Shown: positions 28,428-38,662, numbered from the stretch's first letter. The stretch is DNA of 64,000 bases from a virus (IMGVR_UViG_3300003267_000287:1-64000); one strand, 5' to 3'. Notes: generated by a model from the letters alone, not told the origin. Program-made: numbers and translations.

Positions 28428-30328
28428 TCACAGGTGTCGGTCAAGCCGGACGAGGCGTCCATCGCTGTGCTGGAGAACGCCGCCGGGATGGGGGTCTTCG
28501 GCCGGGCAGAACAGGACGCCGCCGATGTCGATCATGGTTCCGAAGCAGAAGGGACACTCGCCGGGCTTGGCGATCCGATCGCTCGGAGGGAGACGATCCA
28601 GCTTCTCGATCGTGATCGGAGCGCCCGCCTTGCGCGCCATCAGAAGCACACATCGCACGAACAGTGCGGGTGCTTCCCTGACTCGCACCGGTCGGACGCG
28701 AAGTGAGGTGGCGCCATCTGACCTTGGTACTCGTGGCATAACGAGCACTCGTCGATCTCGGCCTTGCGGAACTCCGCCTTCAGGTGATCGACGTACTCGT
28801 AGAAGCCGTCGATCTTCACGCCGCACGCACAGGTGCGGACAGCCAGGTCTTCATACCCCCAGCCCGGCGGATACTCACGACTGAGCACGTCGTCAGCCAT
28901 GTAGGCGGCGTCCTCGTCGGTCAGCGATGGGATGTGAGCGTCGATGATCTCGAACGGGTTCATCGGCGTGATCCGTTCAGCTTGCGGTGCTGGTCCCACT
29001 CCGGGATCGTCCCGGCCCAGGCACAGATGCAGACGACTCGATTCTCACTGAACTTGATCGAGTCGATCAGGTGCGGCTTGCTCAGGCCCCGCTTCGGTGG
29101 GTACGTGGGGCGGCTGACAGGCATTGCGATGCCCTCCTTTCATTGAGTCCAGTCGACCTCCGTCTTCTGGGATGATGTGCGAAGTGCCTCGGGCCAACGC
29201 TCGAGGTTGGCCCGGACGTTCGGGGTGATGTCCTTGGCCGGGGCAGCTTCGAGCCGGAACCACAGGATCTGGCCGGTGTTGAGCGCCCGAGTCATCGTCT
29301 CCGAGAGCGCGAACGAGCCCGAGTAAGGGGCCTTCGCGAACACTCTGACGAGCTTGTTGTTGATCGCCGAGCGGTACGTGATTCGGAAGATCCTCGGCGC
29401 GAACCGTTCAGCCACCCGCTTCCTCTAGGGCTTGACGGACAGCGGCGCAGGGCCAATCACCGCCGTCGGTCATGCAGTACCGACCACCGAGTTGAGGGTG
29501 TCCCGGCAGGACCACTACCTCCGACGGCTGGTGGCCGACCCACGTCAGCACTTCGTACCCGTTCCCAACGGGCCGCAGTGATGGACGATCAGCGGTCCGG
29601 GTGGCTTCGATCCCCGGACACGGGCCGTGCATGTCGCACGCGGGACAGTGCAGCGGCTCGTTCATCGTGGTCCCTCGGAGCCAGTGGACTCGGAGAGACG
29701 GGCGAGGAAGCGGCGACCCCTCGCGACTGCTGTCTCCCACGATGTGTTCGCCTCGACCTTCCCGGCCTCGATCCAAGCGTCGTAGATCACCTGATCGTCG
29801 ATCGAGCTCCTGCCCGCGTTGTCAGGGGTGGCGACGCCGTAGAACGGGCCGGTGAAACCGGTCGGCACGATGATGTCCGGGTGCGCCGCCTTGATCCCGG
29901 CCATCGAGTTCTCGTGCGCTCCGTCGAGGCACCCACAGGCGAGGTACAGCGGTTCGGCTTCCTTGGAGGAAGGAGTGGCGGAGCGGGCGAGCGAGGCGAG
30001 GGCGTTGTCGATGTACTCACGGAGCGGCGTGCCGACCCATTCTCGGATGCGCCGCAGATGGTCCTCCGCCGTCAGCGGTTCACTCCGCAGGTCTACGGGT
30101 TCGTCAGCCACTGGTCACCTCCTCGGATGGAGCGAGACGGGCGTAGTCCTTGGCTTGCTGGATGCGCTGGATCAGGTGATCGCCGTTCTCGGCGACCTCC
30201 TCGGGGGTCGTGCCCAGAAAGAGCTCGACCGAGTGGGCCGCGTTCTCGGTGAGGCGAACGCCTCGACCACGCGGGAGCACCTCGATCCGAGTGTCGTCCC
30301 AGACGTGGACCGATACGGTGATGAACAT
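28428..30328 (-). other. run of about seven small hypothetical ORFs (28428-28640, 28640-28963, 28960-29124, 29140-29415, 29408-29665, 29662-30111, 30104-30328), several Cys-rich
   Basis: tightly coupled starts/stops and SD sites. Confidence 0.6.
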
Positions 30329-30349
30329 CGGTGTTCCTCCAGTGTTGCG

Positions 30350-30378
30350 ATGGTACCAGATGAGGGAAGGGTGTGGAA
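30350..30378 (-). promoter_or_regulatory. putative promoter
   Basis: TTCCAC-17-TACCAT, same hexamers as 48591-48619. Confidence 0.5.
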
Positions 30379-30467
30379 CCTTCTCCTGCCCCTTTATGCG
30401 TTCCACAGGACCTGCTTCCGACCTCCGAAGAGGCTGACGAGTTTCTCAGGGGCACAGGCCCGACGGA

Positions 30468-31112
30468 TCAGAAGTGCCCGTGTCTCGGGCAGTACGACCC
30501 AGCGGCGTGGAAGACCCCGCCGAACTGCTCGGTGCCCGAGCACTTGTTGCGCTCGGCCTCCTCGCGCTCCTCCTCGGCCTGGCGGGCGAGGCGCTCCCGC
30601 GTCTCGACGAGTGCGTTGTCCCGAGTCGACGGAAGATCCCGCAACTCCTGCTCCATCCTGTCGGGGTCGAACACCCAGCCGTAGCTGTCTTCGTCCCTCG
30701 ACCAGTTGGCCGCGCGGGTGATCTGGATCAACCGCTTGAGGTTGTGCTCGACGACGTCGAACGCTTCGCGGACCTCCTCCTCCTCAGAGTCGGCGTAGTC
30801 GCCGAGGAGGTCGTCGAGATCTTCCACCCCGGTGAACGGCGAGTAGAAGTAGCGGTCCTGCGACTGGGCCGACGTCAGTCGGAGGCCCAGTGCCTCGACG
30901 TCCTCCTTGTTGTCGAGTCGGAACTCGACGATCTCGCCGACCTTTCCGACGTGCTCGCCGTCAGCGTCGATCAGGACGAAGGTGTCCGGCAGCGGTGGTG
31001 CTGCGCTCACGAGCATCGACTCACCGGCTGTCGCCGTGCTGGGTGTGCTTTGGGCGAACAGCGCGTTGATGTCCGCGCTGGTGATCGTGTTGGTGTACTG
31101 ATCGTCACCCAC
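30468..31112 (-). CDS. acidic hypothetical protein with C-terminal C/H cluster
   Basis: GTG with GAGGAGG SD; ends C..H..CPRHGHF. Confidence 0.65.
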   Translation of the reverse strand: MGDDQYTNTITSADINALFAQSTPSTATAGESMLVSAAPPLPDTFVLIDADGEHVGKVGEIVEFRLDNKEDVEALGLRLTSAQSQDRYFYSPFTGVEDLDDLLGDYADSEEEEVREAFDVVEHNLKRLIQITRAANWSRDEDSYGWVFDPDRMEQELRDLPSTRDNALVETRERLARQAEEEREEAERNKCSGTEQFGGVFHAAGSYCPRHGHF

Positions 31113-31419
31113 GAGCGGCCTCCTCGACCTCGAACTCGTAGGCCCAGATCTCGTCCTGGAGATCGTCGATGAAGATCTCCAGCTCCTGCTTGTCATCACC
31201 CGGCGGCAGCTGGGCGTTGATCGCGTTGAGATCGACGAGGATCTTCTGGGCGAGTTCGTAGTTGTCCGTGTCGACGTAGTCCGGGACCTCGATCTCCTCG
31301 ATCGGCTGACCGACCGCGAGATGCAGGTCCCCGAACCAGCCTCCACTCACGCGCACGAACCGGGGCGCAACCGGGGCGGCGGTCGTCTCAGCGACCGCCG
31401 CCGTATCAACAGCGACCAT
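31105..31419 (-). CDS. acidic hypothetical protein
   Basis: 104 aa, AGGAGG SD. Confidence 0.7.
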   Translation of the reverse strand: MVAVDTAAVAETTAAPVAPRFVRVSGGWFGDLHLAVGQPIEEIEVPDYVDTDNYELAQKILVDLNAINAQLPPGDDKQELEIFIDDLQDEIWAYEFEVEEAARG

Positions 31420-31436
31420 GTGGTCCTCCTAGAGGC

Positions 31437-32573
31437 TCAGTCGAGCCACTTGATGTCAGGGACGTCGAACGCGTCGGGCACGACCGGACGCGCCTCGGGC
31501 AGCTCGTCGTCGGCGGGCATGTTCTCGAGTTCGGCGATCGCCTCGTCACCGACGAACAGCGAGCCGATGTCGACCGGCGTGTCCTCGGCGTCGGCATCGA
31601 CGACCCCGCCGTGCTGGGCGGCGAACGCCTTGCTGAGCGCCTCCATCGCTGCGTCGAGGCTGCCGTCACCGGAGCCGGACACGATGAAGCCGCCCGCTCG
31701 CTCGTCGGTGCCGGGCATCGCCTCGATCTCGACGTCGTCGACCAGGCTGCGGATCGACCGCATCAGCTCCTGGATCTCGGGCGGGACTGAGTCCAGCATC
31801 TCCTCGAGATCCTGCTTCCTGCGCTCGGCGTCCATCCGATCGAGGATCGTGTCGAGCTCACGCTTGACGGCAATCGCTCGTCGGGTGAGTTCGAGGCCCG
31901 CCCCGAGCTCGTCGGGATTCGTCGGATCGAACTCGTTGCGCTGACGGATCAGCTCGATGTACTCCGCCCGCAGCTCGTGGGCTCGGGCGCCATCCTCGGT
32001 GTCCGTCGGGACGCGCAGTCGGATCCACGCCCGCTCCTCCGCGGCCTCCAGGATCTCCGGGTGACCGTGGATCGGAACGGCCATCCGATCGTCGTCGTCG
32101 ACCGGCTGACTGGCGTGGCGGTTGACCGCGGCGAATCCGCCGAACCGGCGGTTGTCGTCGAGCGGGTCGCCTTCCCACGTCGCGAAGTCGATCTCGGCGA
32201 GCATCCGGGCGACCATGTGGTCCTTCTCGCTGGCCTGCCAGAAGCCCTCGGGATGCTTGTGCATCACGAGATAGGCGTCGGCGCCGTGCTCATCGAGTCG
32301 CAGGCCGAGCATCGCGAGCTGGTAGATGTACTCGGTGCCGATCTCGGAGACGCCGTCGAGGAAGATCTCCTGGCCGACCCGGGCGACGGCATAGTCGACG
32401 ACTCGCAGCGTCCAGCCGCCATCCTCGTCGTGTGCGACGTCTTTGACCCAGATGACGACGTCGACCTCCTCGTCCTCGGGGAACTCGTCGAACACCTCCT
32501 CGTAGAGGGCGTCGATCAACTCCTTGGGATGGTTGGTCCTCATGTCGACCTCCATCCCGATCAAGCTGCCCAT
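31437..32573 (-). CDS. JAB/MPN+ (JAMM) motif protein with acidic helical C-terminus
   Basis: HKHPEGFWQASEKD = H-x-H-x7-S-x2-D after hydrophobic strand AYLVM. Confidence 0.65.
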   Translation of the reverse strand: MGSLIGMEVDMRTNHPKELIDALYEEVFDEFPEDEEVDVVIWVKDVAHDEDGGWTLRVVDYAVARVGQEIFLDGVSEIGTEYIYQLAMLGLRLDEHGADAYLVMHKHPEGFWQASEKDHMVARMLAEIDFATWEGDPLDDNRRFGGFAAVNRHASQPVDDDDRMAVPIHGHPEILEAAEERAWIRLRVPTDTEDGARAHELRAEYIELIRQRNEFDPTNPDELGAGLELTRRAIAVKRELDTILDRMDAERRKQDLEEMLDSVPPEIQELMRSIRSLVDDVEIEAMPGTDERAGGFIVSGSGDGSLDAAMEALSKAFAAQHGGVVDADAEDTPVDIGSLFVGDEAIAELENMPADDELPEARPVVPDAFDVPDIKWLD

Positions 32574-32595
32574 GTGTGGGCCTCCTTTCTGTCCG

Positions 32596-32913
32596 CTACC
32601 AGCGGACCTGCAAGTCTCCGATCGTGATCGATCCGTCGTCTTCGGTCGTGACCGGGACGCTGTAGACGTCGCCCGCGGCGCCCTGAAGTTCTTCGAGCTC
32701 GGCGGGCCTCATCAGCACGAGCTGCCCGTTTGCGATCAGCGTGGTGAGGCAGTCACCACAGATCCATGACTCGCTGCCTTTGTAGTCGGGGTGGTTGAGG
32801 CCAACTCCGTTCGTGGAGTCGTCGCCAAGCCAGCGGAGGACGCTGGCTGGAGCCGTCTTGCAGCGATAGCAAGTCGCCTCGCCTCTCCGGTACCGACGGT
32901 CCGGTTTCTTCAC
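32596..32913 (-). CDS. zinc-finger paralog D
   Basis: CYRC...WICGDCLTTLIANG...DDGSITIGDLQVRW. Confidence 0.75.
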   Translation of the reverse strand: MKKPDRRYRRGEATCYRCKTAPASVLRWLGDDSTNGVGLNHPDYKGSESWICGDCLTTLIANGQLVLMRPAELEELQGAAGDVYSVPVTTEDDGSITIGDLQVRW

Positions 32914-32923
32914 TGTGTTCTCC

Positions 32924-33298
32924 TTAGTGCCAGACGACCTGCGTCTCGCCGATCGTCATTGATCCGTCGTCGTCAACCTCGACGACATCGCCGAGGAGGC
33001 CAGAGGGCAGCGTGGCCGCGAACTCCTCCATCGTGGCTCGCGGCACGAGCACCAGCGTGCCGTCGACGATCAGGTCGGCGATGCAAGTCGCGCAGATGTA
33101 GACATCTTCCTCCGGGTACTCGTTGTTCAGGAACACGAGATCGGGGTGCTCGCCTGCGTAGAACTGGAGAACCGGAGGGGGCGATTCGAACAATCGGTTC
33201 CCGCCCCGGCAGTGGTAACAGCGCCACCCCGGGTCGTTCTCCGGCGTCGGGCGCTTGGCGTACTTGTCGAGTTCGTTGACACGCTCAGTGCCAGACAA
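32924..33298 (-). CDS. zinc-finger paralog C
   Basis: CYHC...YICATCIADLIVDG...DDGSMTIGETQVVWH. Confidence 0.75.
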   Translation of the reverse strand: MSGTERVNELDKYAKRPTPENDPGWRCYHCRGGNRLFESPPPVLQFYAGEHPDLVFLNNEYPEEDVYICATCIADLIVDGTLVLVPRATMEEFAATLPSGLLGDVVEVDDDGSMTIGETQVVWH

Positions 33299-33674
33299 TC
33301 TCCATGTCTCCCATCGTCATCGATCCGTCGTCGTCAACCTCGACGGCGGCGAGACCGGGCGTCTCGTACCAGAGTTCGTTCGCGCACTCCCGGCAGTACA
33401 CGGGTTCCTCGTCCGTGCCGCACTCGTCGCACGCGTTCGGCTGCTCACCCGCCTGCTCCTCGGCGCAGTGCTCGCAGATCTCCGCCGTGCAGTCGCAGTA
33501 CTGGCACGACGAGTACTGGTGGTCGTAGCAGACCTGTGCCTGCTCACCACATGAGTCGCACTCACCACCGAAGCTCAGATAGCCGTCGCTGACGCGAGCG
33601 AACAGGCACGATGCACAGAGGTAGCCCTCCGGCGTGTAGACCGTGCTCCTGTCCCCGCACCGAACGCAGCTCAA
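33285..33674 (-). CDS. multi-Cys zinc-finger paralog B
   Basis: CVRC...YLCASCLFARVSDG, further CxxC pairs, DDGSMTMGDMEIVWH. Confidence 0.75.
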   Translation of the reverse strand: MSCVRCGDRSTVYTPEGYLCASCLFARVSDGYLSFGGECDSCGEQAQVCYDHQYSSCQYCDCTAEICEHCAEEQAGEQPNACDECGTDEEPVYCRECANELWYETPGLAAVEVDDDGSMTMGDMEIVWH

Positions 33675-33883
33675 TGGATGATCCCCTTGGGCGTCGGGGA
33701 GATCCGGGCCGACTCGACGTGCTTGACGACGTGCTTGTTGTGGCTGCGGGCCCGGATGTTCTTGCGGACGGCGCTGATCGCGGCGTCCCGGGTTTCGGCT
33801 GGCAGGTGATAGACGAACGGGATCAATCCCGGCTTCCCGTCACTCACCAGCACCTTGACCATGTAGATCTTCTGATTGGCCAA
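33671..33883 (-). CDS. small basic protein
   Basis: TTG with AAGGAGG SD. Confidence 0.6.
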   Translation of the reverse strand: MANQKIYMVKVLVSDGKPGLIPFVYHLPAETRDAAISAVRKNIRARSHNKHVVKHVESARISPTPKGIIH

Positions 33884-33956
33884 CGATGGCCCTCCTTGTT
33901 GGCTGCGTCGCGTCGGAGCGGCAAACGTGGTGCCGCTCCGCGCGCACGCGCAGCCC

Positions 33957-34538
33957 TCAGTCGATAACGATCCTTGCGGGCATGACCAGCGCCAGCGTGA
34001 TCGCGACTTCCTTGCCGGACAGCGCCACGCGCACGTCTTCGGGCAGGTCGTCGACGGTCTGCTGACCGCTCACGACCACCGGCTCACCAGCCGCCGCCAT
34101 CGCAGGCGCCGACTCGGCCGGGGTCATCAGGTTGACGAGGCCCTCGCCGACCAGCGCATCGGCGATGTCCCGGGCACCGGCGATGAAGCCTCGGAACCAC
34201 GCCTCGTCGGCCTCGTCGGCCAACGACTCGACCGTCCGCTGGAGCAGGTCGATCTGCTCGGCGTCGATCTCCGCCTGGTGGCGGGTGTCGGCGAGCCGGT
34301 CGATGTCGGCGTCGGTCAGGCCCTGCTTGCGCAGGTCGTCGAGCGTGAGCTCACGCTTCACGATCAAGCGAGCCTGCTCGAGGCAGTCGTCCAGATCCTC
34401 GCCCTTGACGGCGTGGGCCGTGCCGGTGGCACGAAGGGTGAAGACGAGTTCAGTGAACTCATCCTCCTCGGTGATGTCGTCGACGTCGGCGTAGCCGAAC
34501 AAGCCCTCGACGCTGAGCGTTCCTGCGGTGTGGACCAA
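33957..34538 (-). CDS. acidic hypothetical protein
   Basis: TTG with AAAGGAGG SD. Confidence 0.65.
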   Translation of the reverse strand: MVHTAGTLSVEGLFGYADVDDITEEDEFTELVFTLRATGTAHAVKGEDLDDCLEQARLIVKRELTLDDLRKQGLTDADIDRLADTRHQAEIDAEQIDLLQRTVESLADEADEAWFRGFIAGARDIADALVGEGLVNLMTPAESAPAMAAAGEPVVVSGQQTVDDLPEDVRVALSGKEVAITLALVMPARIVID

Positions 34539-34558
34539 GGGAGGCCCTCCTTTCGTGA

Positions 34559-34951
34559 TCAGCCAGCCCAGGCGAACGAGATGCCGCCCGCCCGGACGCT
34601 GCCATCTCCGAGCAGCTCGGTGTTCGTGTCCTCGATGTTGCCGAGGACGTTGTCGATGTAGACCTGGGTCGGGATCGGGACGATCCGACCATCGCGGATC
34701 AGATCCGCGAGGCAGTTGACGCAGACCCACGGCTTGCCGGGCAGCATCGTCAGCCGGAAGCCACGAGCTGCGGGCAGGAGGTCCTCACGGTGGATCTGGC
34801 AGCCGTTCTCGATCTCGAACTCCTCGTTGACGCTGCGACGTGACGCCGCGTCGCTGTCGTTCTCGTCCCAGAGCGGGAGGAGATCGAGGTCGTGGTCCTC
34901 GAAGCCCGCCCGAGACGCGAGGTCCTTGTCGTAGCGCACACGCTGTGCCAT
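34559..34951 (-). CDS. zinc-finger paralog A
   Basis: CQIH...WVCVNCLADLIRDG...DGSVRAGGISFAW; GGAGG SD. Confidence 0.7.
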   Translation of the reverse strand: MAQRVRYDKDLASRAGFEDHDLDLLPLWDENDSDAASRRSVNEEFEIENGCQIHREDLLPAARGFRLTMLPGKPWVCVNCLADLIRDGRIVPIPTQVYIDNVLGNIEDTNTELLGDGSVRAGGISFAWAG

Positions 34952-35097
34952 CAGAACTTGTTCCTCCAGTAAGGGAAGGTGTGCCAGCGTTCTGGGTACG
35001 GATGCACGAACCCGCAGGGCACGCATTCGCGTGCCCCACGGGCGTGCTTCCACCACCAGAAGCGCAGGTCACGCCGGATCCGGCGCAGCCTGCGCAT
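34951..35097 (-). CDS. 48-aa Trp/Arg-rich CxxC peptide (not in ORF track)
   Basis: MRRLRRIRRDLRFWWWKHARGARECVPCGFVHPYPERWHTFPYWRNKF; TGATG coupling to next gene. Confidence 0.5.
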   Translation of the reverse strand: MRRLRRIRRDLRFWWWKHARGARECVPCGFVHPYPERWHTFPYWRNKF

Positions 35098-35100
35098 GGG

Positions 35101-36711
35101 TCAGTCGAGCTTGGCCTGCGACTGACTGTCCTCCCGGCCACGCCGGGACTTCTCGTTGCCGCTGGTCGACGGGAGATCGGCGGCACCGGTCTCGGCCAGT
35201 GCCTGGCTGTTCCACGCGACGCTGTCCGGATTGTGCGGGCTGGGCTGGTAGGCCGCGGGCTGGATCGGGAACGCAGCCACGGTCGGGACCGCGCCCAGCT
35301 CGGCCGCCTTGACGATCGCGGTGCTGATCGTGTCGGCCGCCTTGACCGTCTCGGACCGCCGATCCTCGGGCTTCGGGGTCAGAAGGGCAACGTGGTCCTC
35401 CATCTCCTGGACCGTGGCCAGCAGGGCGTCGTCGGTCACCTCCAGCTGCCCCTCGGGCGGGGTCATGCTGATGGCGTACAGCTTGGACCGCTCGACGATC
35501 TCCCGGATCACGGCCGGGATCTTCCCGGCGAGGTGCTCCTTCGACTTCGTGAGCGGGTTGTCGGCAGCGATCAGGCCCCGACCGTACTGGCGGGCGAGGA
35601 TCGCGGCCGCCTCGGCATCGGGCGGCGGGATGTGGATGATCGCGTCGAGACGACCGGGCCGCAGCAGGGCGGTCGTGATCTTCTCGAGCTCGTTCGTCGT
35701 GAGCACGATCATCAGCGCCGTGCCCTTCGACTCCACGCCGTCGATGACGTTCAGGACGTCGTCGATCTCGGTCGTCCGGTTGTCACCCCGCATGATCCGG
35801 TCGATGTCCTCGCAGAAGAGGACGACGCCGTGGTTGCGGTCGCCGTACTGGCGAGCCAGCCGGACGACCTCGGCGAGCTCGGTGATGTCCTTCGCCTCGA
35901 CGTACGTCCAGCCGTGGCGGACGGCGAGGTTCGCCGTCTTGGTGGCGATCATCGTCTTGCCGGTGCCGAACGGACCGGCGAGGAGGACGCCGCGCTTGAG
36001 CGGGATGCCGTGGGCGACGACCCGATCGGTCTGCTCGATCGGGGTGAAGATGTTGGTCTGGACCGAGACGGCGGTGCGCTCGGGCAACACCAGCTCGTTG
36101 ACCACCGACGGATCGAGATCGAGGAACTCGGGCTCGGGCATCGGCAGCCGGTTGCCGTGGTTGTCGAAGAGCTTGACCCGGAACGCGGTGTTCCGGTAGA
36201 TCGAGCGCTCCCGGACGTGCTTCTTGACCAGCTCGACGATCTCGTTGACGACGGGCTCGTAGAGCCGCTTCACCTTGCCGGTGAGCTGGAACACGATCCG
36301 TCCGTCGTCCTTCTCGGTCACGCCGGACTGGAGGTAGCCGTCGCCGATGTTGGGCAGGGCGAACCGGCCCCACGGGACCTGCACGGTCTTGCCGAGGGCG
36401 ATCGGCACCGACAGCATCGCGGGCGGCTTCGGGCCGAAGAAGCCCGGCGTCGGGACGCTGTTCGCCCAGCCGTACTTCTCGGTCAGCACCTGGTTCAGGG
36501 CGTAGGCCGCCTCGAACACGAACGGCGCCTCGATCTCAGCGACCGGCACGAACTCCTGGTTCTCGTACTCGAGTCGCGCGTGGATGACCTTGTCGACCTG
36601 CTCGAGGTTCATGGTCTCGGGGATGATGATCGCTTCCCCGTGCTTGCGAACCTCGACGACGTCACGAATGGCCTTCTTGGCCTGACCCATCTGGTCGAGC
36701 GTCTGTCCCAT
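35101..36711 (-). CDS. classical-clade AAA ATPase
   Basis: RGVLLAGPFGTGKT, VLFCEDID, TTN...ALLRPGRLD. Confidence 0.92.
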   Translation of the reverse strand: MGQTLDQMGQAKKAIRDVVEVRKHGEAIIIPETMNLEQVDKVIHARLEYENQEFVPVAEIEAPFVFEAAYALNQVLTEKYGWANSVPTPGFFGPKPPAMLSVPIALGKTVQVPWGRFALPNIGDGYLQSGVTEKDDGRIVFQLTGKVKRLYEPVVNEIVELVKKHVRERSIYRNTAFRVKLFDNHGNRLPMPEPEFLDLDPSVVNELVLPERTAVSVQTNIFTPIEQTDRVVAHGIPLKRGVLLAGPFGTGKTMIATKTANLAVRHGWTYVEAKDITELAEVVRLARQYGDRNHGVVLFCEDIDRIMRGDNRTTEIDDVLNVIDGVESKGTALMIVLTTNELEKITTALLRPGRLDAIIHIPPPDAEAAAILARQYGRGLIAADNPLTKSKEHLAGKIPAVIREIVERSKLYAISMTPPEGQLEVTDDALLATVQEMEDHVALLTPKPEDRRSETVKAADTISTAIVKAAELGAVPTVAAFPIQPAAYQPSPHNPDSVAWNSQALAETGAADLPSTSGNEKSRRGREDSQSQAKLD

Positions 36712-36929
36712 TCAGAGGACCTCCTGTGTGGTGGTGGAGAGTTGACGGAGCGATCGCTGTTTGGGCTGGCCACAGGAACACCTGAGACCCCACCGGTGAT
36801 AGCCGGGATGGTCGCGATCTCTGAACCATCCCGGCTCATAACGGTGACGAACGTCGGAGCCGACGACTACGGTCGTCGGCGTGATGCCGTCGTACTCGAA
36901 CAGGTCCAGACGGACCGGTTCATGTCCGA

Positions 36930-37613
36930 CTAGTCGCGGTCCGGCCGGAACCCGACTGGGTTTCTGGGCTGGGACGACAAGCGCTCCGCTCGTGCGGTCA
37001 GCGCTGACCCGATCAGCACGCCGCTGGCGATGGCGATCAGCGCGAAGATCAGGACCAGCGCTGCGGGTGGCTGCGTTGCGCTGACGGTCTGCCCGGCGGT
37101 GTCGGTCGGGGGCGGCGTGGATGACCCGCGTCCCGGCACGGTGGGCGTGTTCGTGGGGGTGTTGCTCGGCTCGCCGCTTGGCGTGGCGGTGGCTGTGGGC
37201 GTGGGTGTGGGTTCCACGGAGCCCGACGGCGAGACGGTGGGAGTGGGAGTGGGTGTGAACGTGCATCCGTTGTCGTAGACCTCCCTGCCCGCATCGGTCC
37301 AGTTCAGTCCATCGAACGTGAAGTCGCCGTACGTGTAGGGCGGGATGATGTCGCCCCACTTGACGTGCTGGTCCTTCAGCGTCGGATCCCAGAGCGGACC
37401 CGTGTGATTGTTGTGACCCGCCTTCAGGAACCCCGAGGACGCGATGTCCACGGTGATCTGGACGTACGGATTCGTGTCCGAGTTCGTCCGGTGGCAGATC
37501 GTCACCTTGTGGTCCGGGTTCGGCTTCGTGGCCGAGACCGGTGGGGCGAAGGCGATCGCGATCAACGCCAACAGGGCGAAGATCAGGCCGATCCGAGTGC
37601 TGCGATGACCCAT
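36930..37613 (-). CDS. exported cell-surface protein
   Basis: signal peptide, KVTICHRT domain, PT linker, TPPPTDT, C-terminal TM. Confidence 0.8.
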   Translation of the reverse strand: MGHRSTRIGLIFALLALIAIAFAPPVSATKPNPDHKVTICHRTNSDTNPYVQITVDIASSGFLKAGHNNHTGPLWDPTLKDQHVKWGDIIPPYTYGDFTFDGLNWTDAGREVYDNGCTFTPTPTPTVSPSGSVEPTPTPTATATPSGEPSNTPTNTPTVPGRGSSTPPPTDTAGQTVSATQPPAALVLIFALIAIASGVLIGSALTARAERLSSQPRNPVGFRPDRD

Positions 37614-38308
37614 GTGGGCACCTCCTTGCTTCCGAGTGTCGACTTGACACTCACCGGTGCGCCGTTTGGCGCACTCGTGAGGATCAGTGTTCGTGTTTCA
37701 TGTACGCGCTGACATCGACCTTCTTGTTCGAGATCATCCACTGCAGCCGGAAGTTCCAGATACGCAGAACGAACGTCGCCCAATAGGTTGATGCCCAGAG
37801 TCGGAACCACCCACGGTCGATGATTAACGACGATCGCTCTGTGGGCGTTGTGCGCCGCGGCGGAGTGGCAATCGGCGCAGGCCGATTGGCCGTGCGCCGA
37901 ACCACCCGCGGCTCGAACCGTGCCATCAGCCGTCCGCAGGATCGGTGATGTCGAAGTTGCCGAGCAGGCCGTAGTTGATCTGGCCCTTCATCGAGAGCGG
38001 CTCGAGCGTGACCTCGGCGTGGGCGTCCTCGCCCAGCACGCTGTCCACGAACGCCTGGATCTCGGGCTCGAGGGCGCGCACGTTCGGCGCCTCGAAGAAC
38101 CGGCTGTACTCCCCGACCGCGTTCCCGATCTTCGAGAACTGCACAACAAACCGTCGCATGGCCATCTAGATCCACCGTCCTTTCCGGCGCAGGTGCGCCT
38201 GCATCCGCCGCTGTTGAGCGCGGCGCTTGTCCAGCTTGTGATTGATGGTTGGGACCGACAACGCTCCTCCGATGAACAACACCACGAGGATCAGGCCGAG
38301 CGGGTCCA

Positions 38309-38662
38309 TCACTCGTACCCGTAGACGTAGGTGGGATCCTCGCCCGGCTTGAGCACGAACGAGGTGGGGTGGAGGCGCTCATCCACACGCCCGTCGAAGT
38401 CCCGAATGAACTGACGGGCACCGGGTGTGTCCTGCCACCACAGATAGGTGCGACCATCGGCATCCTCGATGCGAGCGCCGATGCCCGCTGCGACCGTGAC
38501 CTCGGCGGGCTTGATCCCCATCACCCGCTCGATGGCGCGCTCGGTCGCTCGCGCGATGGGACAGTCACACGCGCTACCCGGCGTGCCCTCCCGAAGATCC
38601 CGCGCCGTGATGTGGATCCGCAGGGTCTTGGGGACGATCTTCGCCTTCTTGCGTTCGGACAC
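38309..38662 (-). CDS. VTxxDxxxG...CPxA family paralog 1
   Basis: IHITARDLREG...CPIARA...FIRDFD...PTSF. Confidence 0.7.
   Translation of the reverse strand: MSERKKAKIVPKTLRIHITARDLREGTPGSACDCPIARATERAIERVMGIKPAEVTVAAGIGARIEDADGRTYLWWQDTPGARQFIRDFDGRVDERLHPTSFVLKPGEDPTYVYGYE

Noticed and set aside
34840-36933. 697-aa plus-strand ORF
   Set aside because: Antisense shadow of the AAA ATPase
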